Source: an uncultured delta proteobacterium (GTDB taxonomy: Bacteria; Desulfobacterota; Syntrophobacteria; BM002). Taken from it: a stretch of DNA of 64,000 bases. The position numbers were made by a program, and so were the translations under genes. The notes under the pieces are model-generated. The model worked only from the letters and a program-made list of their open reading frames with translations, ran no database searches and had not been told where the DNA came from. This document shows, one piece after another, positions 20,383-30,695 of the stretch. Numbering within the stretch: the first letter of the stretch is position 1; every line of letters begins with the position of its first letter. The stretch is taken from the NCBI GenBank assembly GCA_963712115.1, contig CAVQGX010000037.1:64001-128000 (forward strand), given 5' to 3'.

Positions 20383-21258
20383 ATGGATACCAAGAATCTT
20401 TCGGTAGCGCCAGACGCTTGGATAACCAGTATGGTGATTGATTTTGTCGCCACCTCACCTCTCAATACATTGGGGCTTCCTGGCGGTGAGGTCGCATGGG
20501 ATGCTCCCATTGTGGGCTTTTGCCGGGGTGATGATCCCATCTATCTGGAGTTCAAGAACCACATTGGCGATTTCTACTGGACTCCTCTGGAGATCTTTGA
20601 ACGCACCTTTACGGGGGTGAAAACGACCGCAAAAGATTTGACCGTCATCAGCTGGATACTGCCACAAACCCGAACTACAAAAGATGAGAACACCTCTCAG
20701 AAAGTCTATCCTTCGCTGCGATGGGCAGCTGCCCGGGGCTCAGGGGAAAAGTTCAATGTAGCCCTGCGCGAGCACGTCGCTAAGACTCTGGTTCAGGCTG
20801 GTGTGGAAGCGGTGGCGCCCATGCTTTCACCCTTCTGGTCCCGGCAAGCTTCTGAGCGTTACGGCTTCGCTTCTAACTGGTCTGAGCGCCACGCAGCCCA
20901 CGCGGCTGGCCTGGGCACTTTCGGGCTCTGCGACGGTCTTATCACCCCTGTTGGCAAGGCTATCAGGGCCGGTTCAGTGGTAGCCAGGCTGGAGGTTCAC
21001 CCCACCCCCCGACCCTACCGCGATCACCACGCCTATTGTCTTTTCTATAGTCATGGCACCTGTCAGAAATGTGTCGCGCGGTGTCCAGTTCAGGCCATCA
21101 GTTCCGAAGGCCATGACAAGGTCAGATGCCAGAGTCACCTGGAAAAGGCCAAGAGCTATGTCCGCAAAAAATATGGTTTAGAAAACAAGGTCGGCTGCGG
21201 GCTTTGCCAGGTGGGAGTGCCCTGTGAATCTCACATTCCCTCGCCCGACGAGGGATAA
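20383..21258 (+). CDS. QueG/reductive-dehalogenase-like 4Fe-4S protein
   Basis: WSERHAAHAAGLGTFG, CQKCVARCP, CGLCQVGVPC. Confidence 0.75.
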   Translation: MDTKNLSVAPDAWITSMVIDFVATSPLNTLGLPGGEVAWDAPIVGFCRGDDPIYLEFKNHIGDFYWTPLEIFERTFTGVKTTAKDLTVISWILPQTRTTKDENTSQKVYPSLRWAAARGSGEKFNVALREHVAKTLVQAGVEAVAPMLSPFWSRQASERYGFASNWSERHAAHAAGLGTFGLCDGLITPVGKAIRAGSVVARLEVHPTPRPYRDHHAYCLFYSHGTCQKCVARCPVQAISSEGHDKVRCQSHLEKAKSYVRKKYGLENKVGCGLCQVGVPCESHIPSPDEG

Positions 21259-21343
21259 TACGGCGGACGATGGCGGGCAGGCAGACGCGATTCGACCCTC
21301 AAGCTGAAAGGTCATATTTTGACAACCTGTGACATAAGGTGAA

Positions 21344-23920
21344 GTGATGGGAGCATCAACCGTCCCTGGAAAACCTGATTCCGCACTTGGAGGAGGTACC
21401 CTGGGGACCTTCGCTGGGGTTTTTACCCCGAGCATTTTGACTATTCTGGGAATCATCCTCTTCCTGCGGCTCGGTTATGTTGTCGGGAACGCAGGCCTAG
21501 GTCGCGCCCTCATCATTATTGGCCTGGCAAACGCCATCTCTATACTAACCAGTGTTTCACTTTCTGCGATTGCCACGAACATCAAGGTAAGGGGGGGAGG
21601 GGATTACTATCTCATCTCCCGGACCCTTGGTGTGGAATTCGGTGGCTCCATAGGGATTGTCCTCTTTCTCGCCCAATCGGTATCTGTCGGCTTCTACTGT
21701 ATAGGGTTTGCCGAGGCCGTGACCAGCTTCATTCCAGATGCTGGAAGATTTTTGCCACAGATCGTAGCTGGCCTCGCAGTGCTATTTCTTTTTGTCTTCG
21801 CCTGGCTGGGTGCAGATTGGGCCACCAAGTTCCAGTATGTGGTGATGGTCACATTGGCAGCCGCACTGATCTCGTTTTTTGCCGGCGGTCTGGCTAAGTG
21901 GGACACGGTAATTCTCCTTCAAAACTGGGTGGCGCCTCCTGCTGGTGCTGAGTTTTGGGTTCTTTTCGCCATTTTCTTTCCGGCGGTCACAGGCTTCACC
22001 CAGGGCGTAAGCATGTCAGGCGACCTCAAGGATGCGGGTAAGAGCTTACCATCGGGAACATTTTTGGCGGTGGGGCTGTCGATCATCATCTACTTCGGGG
22101 TGGCGGTAGTATTCGCTGCCACCCTGCCCAACGACCTCCTAATTGGCGACTACGGGGCCATGAAACGTGTTGCGCGGTTCAACTTTCTCATCGATGCAGG
22201 GGTAATCGCAGCCACTTTGTCCTCCGCCATGGCCAGTTTTATGGGCGCACCTCGCATCTTGCAATCCCTGGCAGGTGACCGTACTTTTCCTTTCCTTCTG
22301 CCGTTTGCCAAGGGATATGGCCCGACCGGCAATCCTCGTCGAGGTGTTTTGCTGTCTGGGGGAATCGCTCTGGGCACCATAACTCTAGGCAATTTGAATC
22401 TGGTGGCATCAGTTGTCTCTATGTTCTTCTTGATTTCCTATGGCCTTCTTAACTACGCTACTTTTTACGAGGCTCGGGCAGCCAGCCCATCATTCCGCCC
22501 TAGGTTTCGTTTTTTCGATCTGCGGCTCAGCTTCCTCGGCGGGCTAGCATGCCTTGGAGCGATGCTGGCAATTGATCTGGCGGCTGGTGCAGCGGCAACT
22601 GCACTCCTGTTTGCTATCTACCAGTATCTCAAGCGAACCGCAGGTCCAGCAAGGTGGGCTGATAGTCGTCGCTCTTACTACCTACAGCGCGTGCGGGAGA
22701 ATCTTCTGGCTGCGGGACTAGAGCCCGAGCATCCTCGGGATTGGCGCCCCCATTTGCTTGCCTTCTCCAATGACTCCCACAGACGCAAACAACTTCTGCG
22801 ATTTGCTTCCTGGCTTGAGGGTGGCAGTGGTTTTACCACAGCGGTGCGCATTCTGGAAGGAGAAGGGGTGAAAATGCTGAAATTACGTCAGGAGGCTGAA
22901 GCGGAACTTCGTGCCGACATCGCTGACTATGGTATGCAAGCCTTTCCCCTTGTAGTAGCCGCACCCAATCTCAACCTTGGTGTTCACACCTTGGTGCAAT
23001 CCTTTGGCATCGGGCCGCTACGGGTGAATACAATTCTTCTCAACTGGCTCGAACAGCTTCCCAAAGGCATTCTTGGCCTTGGGGAATTTCAATATGCAAC
23101 AAATCTCCGCACCGCCTTCCGGTTGGGTTGTAACATCGTGGTGCTGGACGCCAAGGAGGAAGAATGGATCTCCCTGGAGACTCTTTCCCCTGATGAAAGG
23201 CGTATAGATGTATGGTGGTGGGACGATGCGACCAGCCGCCTGATGCTTCTGCTTGCGTATCTGATGACCCGAAGTGATGCTTGGGGTGAGGCGAGGATTC
23301 GGGTGCTGGCTGCTGGTCAAGATGGGGAATTAGATGAAGAGGTGGAGGGCCTCAAGAAGATGCTCGAGGAGGCCCGAATTGAAGCGGAACCAGAGATAGC
23401 AGAGAACATGAACTCCGAAACTGTTGTGGAGCACTCCGGTGATGCTGCCCTGGTGTTTTTCCCGTTTCGACTGCGGGGGAATCAGCTTCTGGACCCATTT
23501 GATAAACCTCTTGATGCAATTCTCCCTCGTTTGCCCATTGTGGCTCTGGTTCTGGCTGCTGAGGATATCGAACTCGACGCTGAACCCGAAGAAGGAATAG
23601 CTGGAGAAAGCGCTGCAGCGCTTGATACTTTTGCAGATGCTGAGAAGAAAGCCCGGGAGGCGGAGAAGGAGGCAGTTGCCGCAAAGGAGGAGTTAGAAAA
23701 GTGGCTTGGAGAGATCCGGGCTGCCACTGAATCCGGCGCCAAGCATGAGGATTTGTCTAAGATAGAGGGTGCTGCCCTTGAAGCCGAAGAACGGGTAAAC
23801 AAAGCTACTCGGCGGGCAGCCAAGGCCAAGGCCAAATTGGAAGATGCAGCCAGAACGGTTGAGGCCCTTGGGGTAAAACCTCCAGAGGTAGACAAAGAGC
23901 CCGGGGAGACGCAAGATTGA
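21344..23920 (+). CDS. APC-superfamily, SLC12-like cation-chloride cotransporter with coiled-coil tail
   Basis: LGTFAGVFTP..ILFLR, GGGDYYLISRTLGVEFGG, FFPAVTG, WRPHLL, IDVWW. Confidence 0.85.
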   Translation: MMGASTVPGKPDSALGGGTLGTFAGVFTPSILTILGIILFLRLGYVVGNAGLGRALIIIGLANAISILTSVSLSAIATNIKVRGGGDYYLISRTLGVEFGGSIGIVLFLAQSVSVGFYCIGFAEAVTSFIPDAGRFLPQIVAGLAVLFLFVFAWLGADWATKFQYVVMVTLAAALISFFAGGLAKWDTVILLQNWVAPPAGAEFWVLFAIFFPAVTGFTQGVSMSGDLKDAGKSLPSGTFLAVGLSIIIYFGVAVVFAATLPNDLLIGDYGAMKRVARFNFLIDAGVIAATLSSAMASFMGAPRILQSLAGDRTFPFLLPFAKGYGPTGNPRRGVLLSGGIALGTITLGNLNLVASVVSMFFLISYGLLNYATFYEARAASPSFRPRFRFFDLRLSFLGGLACLGAMLAIDLAAGAAATALLFAIYQYLKRTAGPARWADSRRSYYLQRVRENLLAAGLEPEHPRDWRPHLLAFSNDSHRRKQLLRFASWLEGGSGFTTAVRILEGEGVKMLKLRQEAEAELRADIADYGMQAFPLVVAAPNLNLGVHTLVQSFGIGPLRVNTILLNWLEQLPKGILGLGEFQYATNLRTAFRLGCNIVVLDAKEEEWISLETLSPDERRIDVWWWDDATSRLMLLLAYLMTRSDAWGEARIRVLAAGQDGELDEEVEGLKKMLEEARIEAEPEIAENMNSETVVEHSGDAALVFFPFRLRGNQLLDPFDKPLDAILPRLPIVALVLAAEDIELDAEPEEGIAGESAAALDTFADAEKKAREAEKEAVAAKEELEKWLGEIRAATESGAKHEDLSKIEGAALEAEERVNKATRRAAKAKAKLEDAARTVEALGVKPPEVDKEPGETQD

Positions 23921-24083
23921 TCTCTGGGAGCTAACGCCAGCCGCGGCAAAGCAGTAATGGAATTCAGAGGCGCGTGGCCAGCCACATCTTGGTCAACAGT
24001 GCCCTTCGAAGTCATTCAATCTAACACCCTCCACCTGGTCAAGATAACCATCGAATACATTCCACCAGTATTGCCCAAAAAGA

Positions 24084-24265
24084 AAAGCCCCCATAAGAAG
24101 TGAGAGCTTATCTGTAATTCAAATGGCGTCCCCAAGGGTACTCCCCGTTTACCCCAGTTTTTTCTACGTCTCAGGCAGCATCAGAATGTTGTTGAGTATT
24201 ATCCCTCTAGGAGGCAGCGGAAACCATTGCTTCTCCTAGTAATAGGTCTTTCAATTGGTATTTAG
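24084..24265 (+). mobile_element. att-like junction, copy 2
   Basis: Weak hairpin, then TGGCGTCCCCAAGGGTACTCCCCGTTTACCCCAGTTTTTTCTACGTCTCAGG... from 24124; about 110 bp is colinear with copies 3 and 4. Confidence 0.7.
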
Positions 24266-24507
24266 CTGAAGCTAATAGTTCGAAAGTTGACCCAACAGAG
24301 TTTATATTAAGATATGCTTTTCATGATTTTAATTCTGGTCAAGTTTTAAGCTTGGCAAAATACTTTCAGTTACTGTTCAAATATATTTCCCCCTACATAT
24401 TAGCTCAAAAGAAAGTTTTCTAGCCAAATTACCGAAAAGAAGATGGTGATAGTATTATGCTAATTTCTTTATATTGTTACCTCCCAATAATAATAATTAT
24501 AAATGAC

Positions 24508-24536
24508 TTGACTTCCGCCAAGAAAGTGAGTATCAT
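24508..24536 (+). promoter_or_regulatory. sigma70 promoter for cspA copy 2
   Basis: TTGACT-17nt-TATCAT, giving a ~120 nt leader with a GGGCCGTC..GACGGCCC hairpin. Confidence 0.6.
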
Positions 24537-24662
24537 CCTCTCAATCAATAAAGGGCCGTCTTTATTGACGGCCCGGTTTCGTTCTGAGGGAAGATCCATT
24601 TGTCAAAAGTGGCAACCCCGAGTTTGGAACCTTGAGAATCTTTTTGAAAGGAGGGTGTCACT

Positions 24663-24863
24663 ATGACCAATGGAATTGTGAAGTGGTTTGATAGCCAAAA
24701 AGGCTACGGCTTCATTGAGCAGGAAGATGGCCCGGATGTATTCGTCCACCATTCAGGGATAAACGCATCGGGTTACAAATCTCTCAATGATGGCGACAGC
24801 GTGACTTTTAATGTGGAGCAGGGCCAAAAAGGGCCTGCTGCCGTGAACGTCACCAAGATTTAG
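24663..24863 (+). CDS. cspA: Cold-shock protein (copy 2)
   Basis: [22 protein letters not shown]. Confidence 0.95.
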   Translation: MTNGIVKWFDSQKGYGFIEQEDGPDVFVHHSGINASGYKSLNDGDSVTFNVEQGQKGPAAVNVTKI

Positions 24864-24996
24864 TTGGCGGTAACACGCTTATTAAGGGCATCTCGTCTAA
24901 GTAAGGCAAGATGTCCTTTTCATTTGTATTTGAGCAAAGAAAACCTGGTCCTGTGGGCCAGGTCAAGTTTCAATGGCTTTGCCAGCAGAAGAGGTT

Positions 24997-25088
24997 TAAG
25001 GCACAAGGCGTAAGGCGCAAGGCATAGGGAGAGAGTGAGTTTTCTTTTATTGTTTTTACCTTGTGCCCTGTACCTTGAGCCTTGAGCC
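24997..25088. repeat. Heptamer tandem-repeat palindrome
   Basis: TAAGGCA CAAGGCG TAAGGCG CAAGGCA ... CCTTGTG CCCTGTA CCTTGAG CCTTGAG. Confidence 0.7.
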
Positions 25089-25221
25089 GTTCGCTTTTGA
25101 CAGCTCAAAGCCAGGTTCTTTGGGCCTGAATTCTTTACTTGCCTTGCCAAAGTCGGGTTAAGCAAGGAAAAATGACCAAATCTGAAAATAAGACTATGAA
25201 AGGCTGGTTATTATCTGAAAG

Positions 25222-25938
25222 ATGAATCTCTTAAGCGGAATTACTTATAACTTGCGTGGTCTACGGCTGGGCATAAAGACCCCTAAGCTTCTTGTATTGG
25301 GGCTTATCAGGTTTGCCGCCGTCGTCATCATTACCATTCTTGCAACAAGCCTTATCCTTGTTTACCATGAGAAGATTCTGCATCTCATTTGGGCTAAGCC
25401 TGCAAGTCAATGGATTCTTTGGTTATGGTACGTCCTCTCCTGGGTGCTTTCCTTATTCCTAGTGGGGCTGTCGGCCATTCTTTCCTATCTTGTCTCGCAA
25501 ATACTCTTCGGTGTGTTCATCATGGATTACATGTCTCGAGTTACTGAACGCATGATGCTGGGCGAGGAACATGAACCGGAGAAAGTGCCCGTGTTGCGGC
25601 AACTTTCCTATCTTGTCAAACAGGAAATACCAAGAACGATCCTCCCAGTTTTAGTAATCCTTCTACTCATGGTTCTAGGCTGGCTTACACCCTTGGGCCC
25701 GGTGCTGGCGATCCTCTCATCGGGAATTGCGGTCATTTTTCTCGCCTGGGACAATACGGATCTTGTTCCTGCAAGAAGGCTTTATCCTTATAAGAAGCGT
25801 TTCAAACTCTTGTTGGATAGCCTCACGTTTCACTTGGGTTTCGGCCTTCTGTTCCTGATTCCTCTATTGAACATCCTTTTTCTCTCCTTCGCACCAGTGG
25901 GCGCCACTATCTACTTTATCGATAAGCATGACAAATAG
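25222..25938 (+). CDS. EI24/CysZ-family membrane protein
   Basis: Multiple TM segments; DYMSRVTE, LAWDNTD, IPLLNILF..APVGAT. Confidence 0.7.
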   Translation: MNLLSGITYNLRGLRLGIKTPKLLVLGLIRFAAVVIITILATSLILVYHEKILHLIWAKPASQWILWLWYVLSWVLSLFLVGLSAILSYLVSQILFGVFIMDYMSRVTERMMLGEEHEPEKVPVLRQLSYLVKQEIPRTILPVLVILLLMVLGWLTPLGPVLAILSSGIAVIFLAWDNTDLVPARRLYPYKKRFKLLLDSLTFHLGFGLLFLIPLLNILFLSFAPVGATIYFIDKHDK

Positions 25939-26094
25939 AGGCTATTCAAAGATCAGCTTTACGACTGGCTCTCCCTCAATCCTTCACAAGGTCATCTCTA
26001 TTTTTGGGTAAGCGGAAGTCAACTATTTAATCTTGTTGGGATAAAAGCGAAAATAGTCAATAAAGATTGGGTAACATCTTACGAGGCGATCTAG

Positions 26095-27270
26095 GTGAAA
26101 GACGAAGATAAGACAAAAGAGCAATTCATAAATAAATTGGTGGAGTTGCGGCGGCGGATTGCTGAATTGGAAGCACTGGCAGGCGAGCACAAGCGGGCAG
26201 AGCAGGAGACTCGTGAATACGCTGAAAGCATAGTGGATACGGTTCGTGAGGGTCTTTTGGTGCTTGATGGGGATCTGAGGGTAATTTCGGCCAACCGTTC
26301 TTTCTACGAGACATTCAAAGTGAAACCTGGGGAGACCGAGGGACAGCTAGTATATGACCTGGGCAACCGACAGTGGAACATCCCCAAGCTGCGAGAACTG
26401 CTGGAAGAGATCCTCCCCACGGACACAACCTTCGACAACTTCGAGGTGGAGCATGAATTCAAGATAATCGGGCGCCGAGTAATGCACCTGAACGCTCGAC
26501 GGATATACAGGGAGACCAACGAGACCCGTTTGATTCTCCTGGCCATTGAAGATGTGACCGAGCGCAAGCGAGCGCAGCAAGCACTGCGACAGAGCTCTGA
26601 AGAACTGAAGTTTTTTGCTTATTCGGTTATGCACGATCTTAAGAGTCCGGCTATAGGCATCTATGGACTGACAGAGCTTCTTCATAAGCACTACAAAGAT
26701 GCTCTTGATGAAAGGGGTAGGAGCTACTGTGATCAAATCTTAAAAGCTTCCGTGCATGTTGCGGCGCTCATTGAAAAGATCAATGTCTACATCGCGACGA
26801 AGGAATCACCTTTAAAGATTGAGAAAATAAACATAAAAGATATTCTGCAGATGGTTAGAGAAGAGTTCTCACCTCGGCTGGCTGTTCGTCAAGTAAAGTG
26901 GTTGGAACCCGACGGCATGGTAGAGGTCAAAGCAGATCAGTTGTCTATCCTTAGGGTTTTCAGAAATTTCGTGGATAACGCATTAAAATACGGTGGCGAA
27001 GAATTAAGCGAGATTAGAATTGGCCATGAAGAATCTGAAGAATTCCACACTCTTTCCATAAGCGACGACGGTGCTGGCGTAAGAGAAGGAGATTATGCAA
27101 GGATTTTTGCGGCCTTTCGAAGGGGCGAGACATATAAAGCGGTTGAAGGCGTTGGCCTCGGATTGGCCATAGTGGCCGAAATAGCAGAACGCCATGGGGG
27201 CAGGGTGTGGGCGGAGTCCAGAAATGACCGATGGACAAAATTTCATATATCTATTGCAAAATATTTGTAA
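26095..27270 (+). CDS. Cytoplasmic PAS-domain histidine kinase
   Basis: PAS (LRVISANRSFY..QWNIPKLR..EDVTERK), H-box VMHDLKSP, DDGAG, GVGLGL. Confidence 0.9.
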   Translation: MKDEDKTKEQFINKLVELRRRIAELEALAGEHKRAEQETREYAESIVDTVREGLLVLDGDLRVISANRSFYETFKVKPGETEGQLVYDLGNRQWNIPKLRELLEEILPTDTTFDNFEVEHEFKIIGRRVMHLNARRIYRETNETRLILLAIEDVTERKRAQQALRQSSEELKFFAYSVMHDLKSPAIGIYGLTELLHKHYKDALDERGRSYCDQILKASVHVAALIEKINVYIATKESPLKIEKINIKDILQMVREEFSPRLAVRQVKWLEPDGMVEVKADQLSILRVFRNFVDNALKYGGEELSEIRIGHEESEEFHTLSISDDGAGVREGDYARIFAAFRRGETYKAVEGVGLGLAIVAEIAERHGGRVWAESRNDRWTKFHISIAKYL

Positions 27271-27681
27271 TCTTCTTTTTTTCTAGATTTCGGACTTCTC
27301 CTCTCGGTGCAAAGCAGAATTCAGCAAAAGGGTTCAAGACCAAAACCGTGAACATGGGAAATTAAGATGAGCTAATTTCGATCGAGTCTTGAGTGCTTTT
27401 GGTATTATATCTCCTGCTGTCACAAACCAGTTGTTTCCGTTATCCTAGTTTCTGTCGTTCCCGATTTCAAATCAAGATAACCGCTTTCCCTTGTTGACAT
27501 AAACCGTCTGCTACCCTTAATATGGAAATAGCTCACATTTTCTGGTGATTTTCACTCCACTTTTGCACCTCTCTGCTCCAGCCGCTGGTAATCCCAAAGA
27601 AGGAGCGTGACATGCAAAGAATGGCCGCTTTCTTATTACTCTTAATTTCATTATCTCTGGTGGGTTAAAGGAGGATGAGCC

Positions 27682-27903
27682 GTGAAAGAGCAGTGCGAAA
27701 ATTGTAGGTTTTGGAGGAGACCTGAAGCTCAAGCAGAAAAGGCCGCTGGTAATTGTCGTCGCTATGCCCCTAGACCTTGGGGCTGCGGCTATGTTGGGGT
27801 GGACATTCGTGAAGATGAATCTATTGAGAGAAAACTCTATTCTATTGCATTGTGGCCGACCACCCACGGCCATGAATGGTGTGGTGAGTGGCAGAAAAAA
27901 TAG
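27682..27903 (+). CDS. Small Cys-rich hypothetical protein (phage-like motif)
   Basis: CENCRFW..GNCRRYAP..WP....EWCGEW; AGGAGG RBS. Confidence 0.65.
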   Translation: MKEQCENCRFWRRPEAQAEKAAGNCRRYAPRPWGCGYVGVDIREDESIERKLYSIALWPTTHGHEWCGEWQKK

Positions 27904-27929
27904 TGGGTTTATCGTGAGCGGAAGATAGC

Positions 27930-28703
27930 ATGCCCTACTCCATTGTTTTCATTCTTATACTGGCGGTCCTTTTTCTGGCCAGTGCAATTCGGATTCTCAA
28001 GGAATACGAGCGGGGAGTCATTTTCCGTCTAGGAAGGGTCATTGGTGCCAAAGGACCGGGGCTTATCATTCTCATCCCTGTGGTAGATCGGATGGTGAAG
28101 GTCAGCCTGCGGTTGGTGGCCATGGACGTACCTCCTCAGGATGTGATCACCCGAGATAACGTATCCGTGAAGGTCAATGCAGTGATCTATTTCCGGGTGA
28201 TGGATTCCATCAAGGCGGTGGTGGAGGTGGAAAATTATCTCTACGCCACCTCCCAGATGGCCCAAACCACCCTGCGCAGTGTTTGCGGGCAGGGGGAGCT
28301 GGATGAACTGCTCTCTGAACGTGAAAAGATCAATAGGCAGCTCCAGGAGATTTTGGATGAGCACACCGACCCCTGGGGCATTAAGGTGAGCACTGTTGAG
28401 GTCAAGCACATCGATCTGCCCCACGATATGCAACGAGCCATGGCCCGCCAGGCTGAAGCCGAGCGGGAGCGCCGTGCCATGGTTATCAACGCAGAGGGGG
28501 AGCACCAGGCTGCGAATCGCCTGGCCGAAGCGGCCCGGATCATCTCCGACCATCCCATTGCACTTCAGCTCCGCTATTTACAGACCCTGCGAGAGGTCGC
28601 TGCGCAGAGCAAATCCAGCACGCTCTTTCCCATTCCCATTGATTTGTTCGAACCGTTTCTGCAGTTAGAGGAAAACGTGAAAAAAGAAAGCCCTGGCAGC
28701 TGA
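27930..28703 (+). CDS. SPFH/stomatin (slipin) family protein
   Basis: [44 protein letters not shown]. Confidence 0.93.
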   Translation: MPYSIVFILILAVLFLASAIRILKEYERGVIFRLGRVIGAKGPGLIILIPVVDRMVKVSLRLVAMDVPPQDVITRDNVSVKVNAVIYFRVMDSIKAVVEVENYLYATSQMAQTTLRSVCGQGELDELLSEREKINRQLQEILDEHTDPWGIKVSTVEVKHIDLPHDMQRAMARQAEAERERRAMVINAEGEHQAANRLAEAARIISDHPIALQLRYLQTLREVAAQSKSSTLFPIPIDLFEPFLQLEENVKKESPGS

Positions 28704-28739
28704 TTGTGCGCCAGCCACCCCCGGTGCTCACTTGGTAGT

Positions 28740-28819
28740 CGTCCCCAAGGGGATTCCCTTCGTGTAAGGAACTTGTCCTGAGCGAGAGCGAAGGAGGGCA
28801 AGCTCACTTCCCTGTTGCC
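28740..28819 (-). pseudogene. tRNA-Glu 3'-half remnant interrupted in the T-loop
   Basis: CGTCCCCAAGGGGATT [54 nt insert] CCCTGTTGCC matches the antisense acceptor stem/T-arm of tRNA-Glu; no D arm or anticodon arm seen. Confidence 0.5.
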
Positions 28820-28873
28820 CGCTCTCCGAGCGGGAGGCCTACGAGTTCAAATCCGCCGGCACAATGCAAAAAG

Positions 28874-29064
28874 AAGAGGGCCAACTAAAATTACAGTTGA
28901 CCCTCTTTTTTTACATGGCGTCCCCAAGGCTACTACCCGTTTACCCGTGTTTTTATCTAATACTCAGAGAACACCACAGTTTTGTTGAATTTTACTCATC
29001 ACGGAGACATCAGAAGCCAATGCTGGCCAAGTTTAGTTATTGGCAAGCTATCTGGAATTCTTGA
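28874..29064 (+). mobile_element. att-like junction, copy 3
   Basis: Strong hairpin AAGAGGGCCAACT/AGTTGACCCTCTT, then TGGCGTCCCCAAGGCTACTACCCGTTTACCCG from 28916; open frame 28915..29064. Confidence 0.7.
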
Positions 29065-29477
29065 TTAGAGCACCTTACCACTGCACTTTGGGTATTGCTA
29101 TCTGGCCTATGCTATTCGTAAGCAATTTTGCGAAATAAAGAGAAAACAAAAGAAAAGATAAGAACTGCTTTTGCAGACAAACTGTAGATAACTTCGTTAT
29201 CACACGGATATTGCAGCATATTAAAAGCGGATAAAGAAGCTTAATTATTCCCGTGAGTTCCAGCTGCGCGGTTAAACTTCTTTTGTTATCTCCTTGGGTT
29301 AGCTTTTGTGTATAACCCGAAATACCACATTCACAATTCAAGCCCTGCTGCATTTGACCAGTTTTTAGATGCTAAGGTAAAAAGCACATTAGAGATTACT
29401 CCACAGTGGTGCATGGGAAGAAGCATCTGAAAACTTTTGGCAACTCCGGCTTTTTCTGACGTCAATAGGAGGGCGCC

Positions 29478-29777
29478 ATGAGTAAAGGTCGGTACATTGC
29501 TTGGGTGGTGGATTCCGGTCGAAGTCCTAAGTGGCTTTTGAGGGAGTACCAAAACAAAGTCAAGCGGGTCATCCAGATGCGCCGAGTCTTAGAAAGACCT
29601 AATTTAAAAGACAGGAACACTGGTCGGCCCCACAGTCCAACGGCGATAAATATCTACAGGCGAAGCCTTCCCATTCGAGAAAGGGATCTCGTGGAGTGTC
29701 GAGAGGCCATCCGTTGGTTGGCCCGCCGGGGGCTGCTCCGAAAGATCGATCGCATTGCCTGTGAGGTTTCCGAATGA
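29478..29777 (+). CDS. Hypothetical basic protein
   Basis: 99 aa ORF with AGGAGG RBS; no family recognised. Confidence 0.55.
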   Translation: MSKGRYIAWVVDSGRSPKWLLREYQNKVKRVIQMRRVLERPNLKDRNTGRPHSPTAINIYRRSLPIRERDLVECREAIRWLARRGLLRKIDRIACEVSE

Positions 29778-29986
29778 TCCATTACGGAAGACCATGACTA
29801 TGGTTTGCCGAACAGGCCCAAATCGTCTTCGATATCCCACCTGCTTTTCTGTTGATTTGTCGTCTTAGGTACCTACTGATTTAATCCTACCGAGAGAGGG
29901 GATGCTGCTTATGCCCATACGGTCCTGCAGCTACTGGAACAGTTTGCTAGAAATCGTTCATTTTTCTTGAGGGGGGTGTTACTGCT

Positions 29987-30193
29987 TTGACTGAGGTAGA
30001 TATCACGGGGCTTGTTATTGTGGAGTGTCCAAAATGTCAGAAACGCGTTTGGCTGTTATCTTATGGTGGTTATGATGAAAACGCTGCACATTACTGCAAG
30101 CATTGTGATTACACATTTGCCACCGATTTAAGAGGGAAGCTCTTAGGTCACGTAGAGTGGGCAAAGCGGTCTTTGGAAAAAATTCACGCATAA
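29987..30193 (+). CDS. Small zinc-ribbon protein
   Basis: CPKC...CKHC; G-rich RBS. Confidence 0.5.
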   Translation: MTEVDITGLVIVECPKCQKRVWLLSYGGYDENAAHYCKHCDYTFATDLRGKLLGHVEWAKRSLEKIHA

Positions 30194-30343
30194 GAAGTTC
30201 CATAGTCAGACAGCTCGTCTGGTAACAAACTGGAGTAATTACCAGGGAACATCTGAAGATACACAAAGGATTCTGATTCAGTATCTTACACACACAGATT
30301 GAGTCCTCACACTCCGCATAACTTCTTGATAAAGGAGGGAGTC

Positions 30344-30613
30344 TTGGCTCGACAGGTTAGACTGATGATCCATGGCCGTGAATTTACTGTACACACCCTG
30401 GCCGATGAGACGCATTTGGAAACAGTGGCCCACTATGTAAACTCGAAATGTCAGGAAGCAGAAAGGAGCCTTCTTTCCAAGTCACAGACAAGCATCTTTG
30501 CCCTAGCTGCTCTGAACATAGCGAGTGATTATTTGCAGTTGAAGGAATGTTATAAACTTATGCTTGAGCGGATTGAGGAAAATCAGAAAAAATTGGCATC
30601 TTTTGCATTTTGA
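30344..30613 (+). CDS. zapA: Cell division protein ZapA-like
   Basis: VRLMIHGREFTV..HLETVAHYVN..LAALNIASDY; AAGGAGG before TTG 30344. Confidence 0.85.
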   Translation: MARQVRLMIHGREFTVHTLADETHLETVAHYVNSKCQEAERSLLSKSQTSIFALAALNIASDYLQLKECYKLMLERIEENQKKLASFAF

Positions 30614-30695
30614 ACAGAGAAGCTTAAATGCAAGATCGGATAAAGCCAGTTCTTGAAATTGGCAGTAGTGGCCGCTGATAATCTCCATATTTGGA

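Noticed and set aside
18173-24030. Additional attC candidates (GCCTAAC 18173, GTCTAAC ~20175, GCTAAC ~23930, ATCTAAC ~24019)
   Set aside because: Only the core heptamer matches; there is no complementary L boxes/R' palindrome.
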